Of a stretch of DNA of 64,000 nt, positions 1 to 11,381 are shown in pieces. Each line of letters begins with the position of its first letter. Position 1 is the stretch's first letter. The position numbers were made by a program, and so were the translations under genes. The stretch covers positions 33,170,001 through 33,234,000 of the forward strand of contig CM022671.1 of assembly GCA_012295275.1 (NCBI GenBank). Direction: 5' to 3'. The stretch comes from Chrysomallon squamiferum. Taxonomy: Eukaryota > Animalia > Mollusca. The notes below the pieces were generated by a model, which saw nothing but the letters and a program-made list of their open reading frames with translations, searched no databases and was not told the origin of the DNA.

Positions 1-99
1 TGAATTTACTCGTCGCTATGGAGTTGTTTAATTTTAGATTATATAATTTGAAAACTGGATCCATGCAGTTTTTTAATATTTTTTTATTTTTATATATTT

Positions 100-3000
100 T
101 AATTTTTTTTATTAGCGACAGTGAGGAACAGATATTATTGAAGTAAGATTCGGGATTTCATCCGTCCATGGCGTTCCCAGTTTTTATCTTCTTTCTTGTT
201 AGCATCGTCTTCACTGAAGGTAATGTAGCTAACATCTTTATTTACGTTTTTCAAAACACAGATCCAGTCATTATTTATGTTTTATGAAAGGTAATGTACA
301 TAATTTATTTTGAAATAAGATATAAATATATTAATTTTATCTATACCTAATATTGTTGTTTTGTTTGCTTTTAACTATGCATTCAATTATTATTTATGAC
401 TATGTCAAAGAATATGTATCTAATAATGTGCTTTTATTTATTTATTTATTTATGTGGTTTATTTTGACATATTTATATATTCAATAACCTTCACTGAAGG
501 TAACGTAGCTAACATTTGTTATTTTTGTTGTTATTGTTATTGTTGTTGTTGTTGTTATTGTTATTGTTATTAATTAATTAATTTATTTATTTATTTAACT
601 TTTTCTTTTTTGTTTTCTTAAGTTTACTCTTCTTTATGATTTTATGTTACGTAAAGGTTAATTTGTTATGTAATACTGTTTTTGTCTGTGCTTTCTATTT
701 ATTAATATTTAAAGACTTATTAAATTCGTTATGATTTCATCGTTTTTTCGTATCTTTGTTTTTTGGGTTTTTTTCCCATAAAGATATATTTAAAGCTGCA
801 GTTGATACTTATATGACTGTTTCTTATAATTTTGCTTACAGTTGTTATTTAAAAAATATACTCTTGAGACAAAGTGATGTTAATTTAATCATTTACTGTA
901 GGAGATCCCTGCGAGGACTACACTAAGTTTCCCAACGAAGAAAGACGGGATACAAATTACCCCCTCAGAACTGACCAGTCTCGCTTTTCTGACAGATACT
1001 TGGACGAAACATGGTATGGAAGTAAATTAAACATTACCTCAGTAATGCCTCCACGTTTTGTGTGTGGTACCTATTTTCCTATCTGGGCAAAAGAAGGTAA
1101 GCAGATTGACACTAACACCGTTAATAATTATTCAGTAGCATTAAAAGTTCCGATATTAAATAATAAAAAAAAAAAAATAATAATAATAATAAATATAATT
1201 ATAATAAAATAAAAAAATTTAAATTAAATCAAAAAAAATATTTTAGCCAAAATTCGTTAGAGGTCATATATCCATTATCCAAAATTTAAAAATTCGATAA
1301 TCAATTTGTTAATTTATTAATTTATTATAATTTCTTTATTAGTATATGCATTTTATAAAATATCAGTTTCAAACATTCATACATACATACATACATCCTC
1401 CTCCTTACATAGATACAAAAGGGATACAAAAACACACGCACAAACAAACACACATACACATTCATTCATACATACATGCATATATACATAAACACATACA
1501 ACCCCCCCAAAAATAAAACAATAATAATAATAAATAAATAAAACACAAAAAAAGCAAATTAATACGCACATATTTACATACAAGTAACCACAGCCATAAA
1601 CGCAAAATGATTTCGTACAAAAGAAAAATGACAGCCGTTTCCTTACTCAGTTTCAGATGTAACCAACGATGATGGAACAGTGGACGTAACAATGTGTATA
1701 CATGTTTTAGAAAACTGTTCTTCGTCGTTTGTGGTGAAAGCAAAATACTGCGACTCTCACGTTGTTTATTTTCTCACAAGAACACCCCTTGATTCTGTCT
1801 ACTGTCTCGGTAAGAGATTAAGTAAATGTAAATATGCTCGTCACAGGAATAGAGACACAAATAGTCAGATAGATACATTAACAGAGAGATAAACAGAGAG
1901 AAATATAGATTGATAAATTGAAAGAAAGATATACGGATATATTTCAAATTACTTATTGTTAATATTATTATTATATTAAACGTTTCTGTTTTGTTAACTT
2001 TATTATTATTATTATTATTATTATTATTTTTTTTTTATTATATTTTATTTAATGATTATGTTAAAATAGTTTATTCTTGCTTTTATTTAGGTGCTCAGAT
2101 AAACGGTAAGTTGAAACACTTTTCCGCATTAAAATAGATAGTATACCATATATTCATATACAAACACGTGTGTGTGCGTGTGTCGCCACAGAACAGTAAC
2201 AAGAAAGCAATAACTAAATAAATAAATAAAATAAAACAAAACAAAATACTTTCTATAAAATTTCGTAATATTTCATAAAATAAAAGTAATGTTTTTTATT
2301 TTGTTTTATATAACAGAATTACGTTATTATGAAGATCTTCTTTCTTTATTTATTTATTTGTTTATTTACAGTGCCCACGTACACAAAAACTCCAGTCATC
2401 GAAGCCGATCTGAAAGTAGTTAACAAACTTTCAAATGTTTCATGTAATTATGAAAAACATGACAACGACGACGTCTACTATACTGTGTACTGGTACATCA
2501 ACGACACATACTGTTATGCTTCTAGCTCACACCATTGGTTAGATCGAGAGAAAAATAACAAACTGATCGAAGAGGCAGCGATGAATGAATGTATCACAAC
2601 AACAAGTTTCAACGTGAGTAACTATAAAATAAATATGTATGCAGGGGGTCCGCGAGTTACGTCGCATAATGGCGTATTCTTCAGCAGATCTCACAAACAA
2701 GTTTGCCGTGCTGCTTCAAGTCGAAATTTTTTTGTTTTAATCATTTATTTGAGTGTGTGTGTGTGTGTGTGTGTGTGTGGATAAGGTGGTTCAACTGTAT
2801 TATATGATGATGTGTTCTTGTTGTTTTTTTTGTTTCGTTTTTAATTTGATTTTCATGTAAAATTATCTTTTAAGATAACGTGTGGCGTACGATTAAGCTA
2901 TGAAGACCTGCCAGGTGGAAGTGTGCCAGTTTTCGGACAACCAGTGTTCTTTGACATCAAGGTAAATGTTTCCGTAATCTCTTTGTATTTTCTCTTAAGT

Positions 3001-4200
3001 ACATATCATAATTCTGTTGAACTGTTGTTGGGGCTTTTTTTTTTTCTTCTTCTTTTTTTTTTTTTTTTCGTGGGGTTGTAGGGGTTTTCTTTTCTTTCTT
3101 TGTTTAATATTTATTTTGACAAATCAACAAAACCAAAATATGTTTGATTATTATCGTTGAAATAAGAGAAAGTAACAGAATCCAGAAATCTATTACGATT
3201 AGTAATACTATTGTATTTTATTGTTAGTAAAGCTTGGTGTTCAGTTAACAAAAATAACAAAATTAGGAATTCGCTGTTTTTCATGCAGGATTACTGTGTT
3301 CCTAATGGAGAGTGTAATGAGATTGGTTCTAAGTGTGTGCCATACAGCTGTTTGGTGTGTTCATCCTCTGAAGTGGGCAAAACCTGGCAAATAGATCCAA
3401 GTAAGATCCTCCTTCTTCTTCTTATTATTATTATTTTAAGACTGTGATTGTCAAAATGTGTATACTCCCCACCACAAACGTACACAAAATACACCCCCCA
3501 CACACACACACAAATACATATATACAGACTCACATGCATACATACTGTCGACTCCTATGATACAGACATTTCTTATGGTGCAGCATCTGTAAATTAAAAA
3601 AAAAAAAAAAACAGAACTTAGTCATCAAATAGACAGGTTTTAACACAGAAAATAACTTAATCTATCAAGTTATAAATCTGTGGGGGGGGGAATGCGCCAC
3701 AGTAATACATTAAAATTTATATACCTATATCTATCTGTATGTGTGTATGTATTTAATTTGTTTTTATTATTATTGTTGTTGTTGATATTACTATTATTAT
3801 AAACTATTCTTTTAGCATGTGGAGCGGCTGTTGTGTTCGTCCAGTGGTGCGTGATGATGATGTCGGTGTTAATCATCTCTGTCTTGTGAAAGAGTTTAAC
3901 ATGAGATAAACGACAGCCATCCATACCGAAACTATCGAGTTAACTGTCAAAATACTTGTGTTTGAAAACTGGAATGATTAGCTGATTATGTCTGTTTCCA
4001 CTTTGATGACATAAAATTAAATTAAATTAATCGAAGAAGCAAACATAATTATTATTAGAATTATTGTTTGCATAGAGTCTATTAGTTTATATAGAGCCAA
4101 AGATAAAATACGACTTTATCACTGTCTGTGATATTCTGTTTTGTAACATTTGTTTTGCATTTTATTTTATGACTTCATGAATTTTCTCATTTTTAAATTA

Positions 4201-4238
<38 letters not shown>

Positions 4239-5610
4239 GGTATCAATTATTGTCAGATTTCGTGTGATGTAAATAATACAAGGTATCAGTTATACTTAAA
4301 TAAAACAATATGTATGATCCGAAGACAGAAACGTACGTATTAATAGCTTATTACTGTTATTTTTTTTAATATACATACATCACATTAAATATACATTTGA
4401 AAATAAATTAACATTTGTAAAGTCAGTGGATGTAACAAGACAAAATCAAACTTCCTGAATTAAATATTTGTATGCTTGTAGATTTTGTTAGAAGCAGTGA
4501 ATAAAAAATTAATAATGTCAATTTCTTTTTTTAGAAAGGTTTATTTCCATCTGAATTCTTGACTTTTGTGCCTTTTTTAGAATTCACTATATTACATGAT
4601 AGATTTATGATACTGTTATACATTTTGATGTTATTTTATGGACTTTCAAATTTAATAATTTTTTTCTCTTATATTTATACTTTTGTGCGTTCTTGTTATA
4701 CTGCTTATTTTTGTTTGAAACAAAACATTCTTCTATGTATGTATGTCTAAATTGTCATTTGTTTCTGATAACAGAAATAAGTTAATATACAAAAAAATAT
4801 ATATATATAATAAACAAATTAATTAATTAATTAATAAACAAATTAAAAATATTTGAGACAGATCCAGGATTTTTTTTTACTTTTTTATGTTACCAAGTAT
4901 ACTAAGAAATGGTATTAATTAAAACCTAAATATATATTATTTCATGCCATTTATTAATGTATTATTTATTACAGTTTAATTCTTACTGAACAAAATACAA
5001 ATTACATTAGAATTAATTTCTATAAGATTAATTTCACTTGAAATCCGATTTGTAAGTATAGCTTTATTACAAATTAAATAAAGAAAGTAAACTGGGATGT
5101 AAAACAGACAACTCAGATTTAAATATTTATTATGAAGTCTGACACTAACATACATATTTTACCTGACAATAAACTAATATTTAAGTAACAAATTGGGAAA
5201 TGTATGTTACAGGTTTATGAAGCTGAACAAAGTAATGCATAATATTAATATCTAAGCAAAGCAGATCTGAACACTTAAAACAAACATCAAAACAAAAATT
5301 GTGATGGTGTTAACAAATAATCTTACTAAATGTTTTATTTCACATCGGTTACTTTTTTGTTTTGTTTGTGGAAGCCATCTTTTTTTATTAATAAAATATA
5401 ATAATATGACATTTTCCCTTTTTTCTAATTTCTTCATACTGTTATGTATTGCAGATTTAATCTTTTTCAAGTATATGAAACTAGTAAATATCAGTTATTT
5501 ATAGAGTATCAGCTGTCTTTTCAAATCAATTTTCAATTTTGTATTTACTTTTAAGAATATAACTGGCTTTATATTTTGCATTATAAAAACTAAAATAAAA
5601 CTTGATTTTG
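100..5610 (+). repeat. Segmental duplication, copy A (direct repeat of about 27555-32980)
   Basis: Exons, introns and about 1.7 kb of 3' flank align colinearly with about 27555-32980 at an offset near 27.4 kb. Example: ttacattagaattaatttctataagattaatttcacttgaaatccgatttgtaag at about 5002 and about 32310. Confidence 0.93.
168..3889 (+). CDS. Mini-VWDE-like protein, copy A: signal peptide + UMOD/GP2/OIT3-type D8C-like domain + VWDE-type Ig-like module + Cys-rich exon + GPI-signal-like tail; 309 aa, intact
   Basis: Eight GT-AG exons: 168-219, 902-1096, 1657-1809, 2091-2105, 2372-2613, 2875-2961, 3289-3400, 3816-3889. They total 930 nt with an open frame. N-terminus MAFPVFIFFLVSIVFTEG; D8C-like DPC..RR..WY..CGTYFPIW..MC..C..YC..VYFL..YCL; C-terminus CGAAVVFVQWCVMMMSVLIISVL*. 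Exons are homologous one-to-one with exons 1-6 and 17-18 of the long gene at 11382-25811. Confidence 0.88.
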
Positions 5611-6620
5611 AACAGTAACTAAGGGGGCAGCATGGCTTATGGAGTAATTGTGGAAACATGAATTGTATGCAGTATACTAAATTATATTTACATGCTTCTT
5701 TTATTATTATGTTTTAGAAACAATAAATTAAAAATAATAGCAATCGAAATAAAAAAAAATGATAAAATGGAGATAATAATAACGGCAATAATGAAAAAAT
5801 ATGTTAAAAAGTTACCTGATGTTAACAAACACTTCATCTTCAGCATGGCTCATTTTGTCTTTCAGCCATTTTAAATTATCTCCCCTCTCAGACATCCTTG
5901 TGTCAATTTCTGCCATTTTGGGCTATGGAATAAAAAACTAATAGTAAATACACAATAAATAAAAAATAAATAAATAAATAAATAAATAAATAAAATAAAA
6001 TAAAATAAATAAATAAAAACACAATAAATAAATCATTCAAAGTATAATTTTTGAAATCTGTTTCAGTCACAAATATCAAGTGAAGAAGTCAACCTTTACT
6101 TTATAAATTTTATTAGTTCAGTTTGTGTTCTATTCATTTCTGTCCTGTTATCTCAACATGAAAGAAAAGTAAATCAATCAATTAAAAAAATAACTAGATT
6201 TGTTTTTTTAAATACTGATCATCTTTCAGATAATGTTATAAATATCACAAAAATCTAACATTAGGTGGGTAATTCAAAACTTTTAAATTTTACACACATC
6301 AGATGATTTCACCATCTCACTATACACCATTAAATCTTTCTCATTCTGCTGAAGTTGTTTGTTTTGCTGAAAAGAGAAAACAGTAGCAAATTAAAGCAAA
6401 ACAGCATTTCAAGTGTTAAATCAGCAAAGACAAAAATGTTATCCAGATATGTGCTGCTTTATGTTAATTGTATGTGTGTATCTTATACATTCTTGTTTTT
6501 GTATGAACTGCTTGCATATATTTGTGTCTGCCTGTTTGAATTAAAGAAGTTTATTGTCATCTATTAAATATATTCATAATCATTATTGTATCCTCTTTTA
6601 AATGAAATTAATAATAATAA

Positions 6621-6654
<34 letters not shown>

Positions 6655-6914
6655 AAAAAAATAATAATAATTTGAAATAATAATAATAATAATAAATAAA
6701 TAAATTAATTAATTAATTAAAATTAAAATTAAAATAAAATAGAATCCAAAATAATGAATAAATAAATGCAACATGCATGAAGGATTAATTTTAATGTACA
6801 GTGATGCAACTATGTAATTACATATTTTTAAAATAAGATCATGCTTCTACCTATTCTGAAAATACAATTTATAAATAAAAAAAAATTAAAATAAAAAAAT
6901 GATAAAATGGTGAC

Positions 6915-6945
<31 letters not shown>

Positions 6946-7107
6946 GCAAATAATGAAAAAATATGTTAAAAAATTACCTGATGTTAGCAAAAACTTCATC
7001 TTCAGCATGGTCCATTTTGTCTTTCAGCCATTTTAAATGATCTCCCCTCTCAAACATTCTTGTGTCAATTTCTCCCATTTTGGGCTATGGAATAAAAAAA
7101 CTAATAA

Positions 7108-7142
<35 letters not shown>

Positions 7143-7767
7143 AATAAAATAAAATAAAATAAATAAAAACACAATAAATAAATCATTCAAAATATAATTT
7201 TTGAAATCTGTTTCAGTCACAAATATAAAGTGAAGAAGTCAACCTTTACTTTATAAATTTTATTAGTTCAGTTTTTGCTCTATTCATTTCTGTCCTGTTA
7301 TCTCAACATGAAAGAAAAGTAAATCAATCAATTAAAAAAATAACCGTAGATTTGTTTTTTTAAATACTGATCATCTTTCAAATAATGCTATAAAAATCAC
7401 AAAAATCTAACATTAGGTGGGTAATTCAAAACTTTTAAATTTTACACACATCAGATGATTTCACCATCTCACTATACACCATTAAATCTTTCTCATTCTG
7501 CTGAAGTTGTTTGTTTTGCTGAAAAGAGAAAACAGTAGCAAATTAAAGCAAAACAGCATTTCAAGTGTTAAATCAGCAAAGACAAAAATGTTATCCAGAT
7601 ATGTGCTGCTTTATGTTAATTGTATGTGTGTATCTTATACATTCTTGTTTTTGTATGAACTGCTTGCATATATTTGTGTCTGCCTGTTTGAATGAAAGAA
7701 GTTTATTGTCATCTATTAAATATATTCATAACCATTATTGTATCCTCTTTTATATGAAAAAATATAA

Positions 7768-7798
<31 letters not shown>

Positions 7799-9665
7799 AT
7801 ATAGTAAAAAATAATAATTTGAAATAATAATAATAATAATAATTAATTAATAAATAAATAAATAAATAAATTAAAATAAAAATTAAAATAAAATAGAATT
7901 CAAAATAATGAATAAATAAATCCAACATGCATGAAGGATTAATTTTAATGTACAGTGATGCAACTATGTAATTACATATTTTTAAAATAAGATCATGCTT
8001 CAACCTATTCTGAAAATACAACTTATAAATAACAATAAAAAAATAAAACAATAGTTCGTTACCAGAAATAACACCAGATTTCTGGAACTGTGTGCCATCC
8101 AAAGCAGCATACTGGAGAAAAAAAAAAAAAACCTATATAAATATATATATATATAATAAAAATATTAATTTGTAATTAAACATTACAAAAAACACTCTCA
8201 AAATTGAAGTAAGCAAAGGTAAACACTGATCATGAAAGATTCAAAAACAGTAACATAAACACTTGGTTGAACAATTGCCAATTCTGATCATATCTAGGTT
8301 CAATTCTCGACAAAGATTCCTGAATTTTCTGAAGACTACCTTGTGAAAATTATTAATACAATTTGATTTCAATAGCCAGTTAATAAAAATAATCAACAAA
8401 ACATGAAACTTTCACCAAAATCTAAACCACTAAAATATCACAAACACAATGATTTTTATTAATAATCAGGCCTTGATTACCTTGTGTCTTTCTATGCTGT
8501 CAAGAGCAACTCTTCGAGCATCTTCGACACTTTCTGCAACAACAGCATTATAAAATATCATTAATCTTTGTATTAAAACTACTGTTACTATTTACATGTA
8601 GTCTGAAAATTCTAAATTATAAAAATCTTATTATTTCTGTTTATTTCATTTCCATTTAAAAATGTTTTAAAAATTTCCTAAATTATTTAACTTATATATT
8701 TATGTTTTCTAACATTATTTAATAATTTATTTATTTAATTTAAATAGAAATTCTCCTTATTTTAATTGAAAGATTAATTAGATTTCAAATGTAATTTAAA
8801 CAGCATAAAGATGCTGAGAGAAATACTTTTTACAGCAGCTGGAATTAATCAACATCACTGTATCTGTAGACACATTAAAATCAATAGTTTACCTCAGTTT
8901 TTCATTACATGGTCGCACATCAGGTAGTCAAGAGGGGAAAAAGTTTCAGGTTATATGCGCTGCTCTTTCATGTACTGAATACAGTCCTTGGCCGTTTTCT
9001 CTGAGTCACACACAATGGCGTCCATGTACTTGCCAAGAACTTTGGTGATGGCCACCTGGTACTTTTTGTGACTGGGTTCACAAAGATCAATGAGACGACC
9101 ATGCTAAAACAAAACAGTAACATTTATATACTTACCCCAAAAATATTAATTTGATTTGCAATATTAATATAAAATTATTTAGTATTAACTGAAAGAAGGT
9201 CTTTTCTTCCTGTATTATTTAATTTTTTATCTTTTATTTTTTGTCTGTCTTATCAAAGAAGAAAATAAAAGAATGGTATTTAAAAAATTATTTATGTATA
9301 TTAATCTTTATAATACTGTTTATAATATTTGTAATAAAAAATTAACATTATTAAAATTTCAATACCAGGCTTTAACAAATAAACATTTAAATAAAAACAC
9401 AAACATATTGAAGTATTTTAAAATATATCATACTCCAACTCCACAACAAGAAAACAAGAGTGATTATTTCAAAGATTTAAGAATAAAATAAATACTTGAA
9501 CATCATTAATTCAACATACACAATTAAAAGGCTGAAGAATCAAACCTAATATGACCAAGATGTATGTAATTAAAATATAAATGACAGTTGTCTCTCCACT
9601 TGGTGTTGTTCTGTCACTGATTGTATACTTGTCATGGTAAACATAATGAGTGGATGAATAAACTA
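5611..9665 (-). pseudogene. Fragmented duplicate of the central part of SMC1 (remnants of exons 11, 13, 14, 15, 17, 18 with introns)
   Basis: Matches 39626-43890 with internal deletions. Exon-13-like 8893-9102 has a 1-nt loss (cacatcaggtag vs cacatcaaggtag). Exon 14 is 5'-truncated (8481-8547). Exon-15-like at about 8059-8112. Exon-17-like at about 6299-6367 and 7450-7519. Exon-18-like at about 5816-5922 and 6978-7085 with a 27-nt deletion. Exons 12 and 16 are missing. Confidence 0.92.
5745..8035. repeat. About 1.15-kb tandem duplication inside the SMC1 pseudo-fragment
   Basis: Near-identical blocks offset by 1140-1154 nt: ORFs at 6355 and 7507 are identical over 62 codons, and gataaaatgg occurs at 5761 and 6901. 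Confidence 0.93.
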
Positions 9666-9824
9666 GTCAATAATACACTGCATTGTAATAACTAAATAAC
9701 TATAATAACTGTATAATAATAATGTATTAGGCAAACAGATGACATCATAACATTAATGAAAATTAAAATAACTTCTCTAACTGCTATTTACTGACTATTT
9801 ACCAGCTATGAAGCGTACACTTAC

Positions 9825-9876
9825 CACTGTCGCCGACAGCAATCACTTTAAACAGATGATCGAAATGTTTGGACAT
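9825..9876 (-). CDS. First coding exon of a Rab-family small GTPase (the rest was not found in this window)
   Basis: The minus strand reads ATG TCC AAA CAT TTC GAT CAT CTG TTT AAA GTG ATT GCT GTC GGC GAC AGT G|GTAAGT = MSKHFDHLFKVIAVGDSG. This fits the Rab N-terminal (Y/F)DxLFK...GDSG start of the P-loop and ends in a consensus donor. Confidence 0.75.
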
Positions 9877-9990
9877 CGTAACATAACTGACGTTCTGGTT
9901 TGTCACTACGCTTCGTCTCGATTTCGTTACGTAATGCGCGTCGACTGCATTCTTAACAAACACGTAATGCTTTCCTAAGGACCGCTGACT
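9877..9990 (-). promoter_or_regulatory. Putative 5'UTR/promoter of the Rab exon
   Basis: Locally CpG-rich patch in AT-rich DNA directly upstream of the ATG. It contains TGACGT (about 9888) and the bZIP-type palindrome TTACGTAA (about 9927). Confidence 0.4.
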
Positions 9991-10351
9991 CTTGAACTGA
10001 CAGGCTATAAACCGCTTTTAGTCTTTAGCCTAATTAAAGTTTCCTTTCACCAAGAGTCTGTCTGAGAGGTCACTTACTGGGTTATAAAATTTATTTTTCC
10101 ATCTTGCTACCTCAGCTATATCTTAATACATATGTAATATATATGTCTGCTTATGATGACTAATATGTATTTATGCATGTACGAATATACATGTTCACAC
10201 ATATATAGATGTTTATACAGGCATATAAAAGTTTTTGTTAGGAGGTGGGGTTTTTTGGCGGGGGAGTTCAATTTGTTCATATTTATATTTTTTGTTTGTT
10301 TTTTGCAAAACACCCGCACACACATACACACAATATCTGAACAGAAACAAT

Positions 10352-10391
<40 letters not shown>

Positions 10392-11381
10392 CTTTTTCCT
10401 ACTTTAGAGATGGTAAATGTGAATGACTCTTTGCTGCTAATAAATACATTCACTAACAAACAATACCATATGGTATTATAACATTTATTTTAACTTTATG
10501 TCAGGTACAAGAAAATTATCTCTGGCATTTTACAAAAAGAAGCAAGTATTCAAAATAAGGTCAAAGCCCATTAGAATATTTCCTATTCAACCTCCAAACC
10601 CATGTTAGGTACATCAAAGGCTTATTTAACTGATGCTCTGTCTAAAGAAATCTATAACATGTTAGCAAAAATTAATTACAAAGAACCAATAACATGGTAA
10701 ATATTTTATTTTCCACAAAACATACATAGTAATCATAGTGATAGTATTTTTACATAATTTTAGACACTTTTTCTCTCACATCTATACACAAGGTGTTCTC
10801 GGCAGATTGCTTTGTATGTACCAACCTCAGTAAACTATCACAGGTTTCATTCATTAATTTTAATGGTCTGTACAAAACAAATTTTGTTAATAATACTCAC
10901 CTATAAAATACTGAGAAAAACCCCAAAGAAATTAAATGTTAGCTTATGGCATTATTGTTATGTTTTACACCAACATATTATATGATCATGCTATGTTATC
11001 ACTGCATTACAAAAATATCACATTACTACATAGATACATGTAACTATCAATACTATAATTATAAACATGTTAAAGCATCACATAATCACATATGCAGGCC
11101 TACAGGTAATTGATCATCAGGTCTAATTATGACTCTGTCATGTACATATTAATTTTAATTATAAGATGTTAATTATCACTTTATCACATCATTATGTGTT
11201 CATTCTTTACAGATATTTTCAATGAATAAACAGTGCTTAATGAATTTTCTTATGTACCCATTCCTTAGTCAGCCTGAGAGCTTTAAACTATAACAGAATT
11301 AAAGTAAAAGATACGCACACACATATAAGCCAGTTATATAATTATAAAGATTAAAACCACACTTGTAGTAAAACCAATATT

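Noticed and set aside
6355-7695. Two identical plus-strand ORFs MFVLLKRENSS...
   Set aside because: They are antisense to duplicated SMC1 exon 17 and intron sequence and start at TTG. The identity reflects the tandem duplication.
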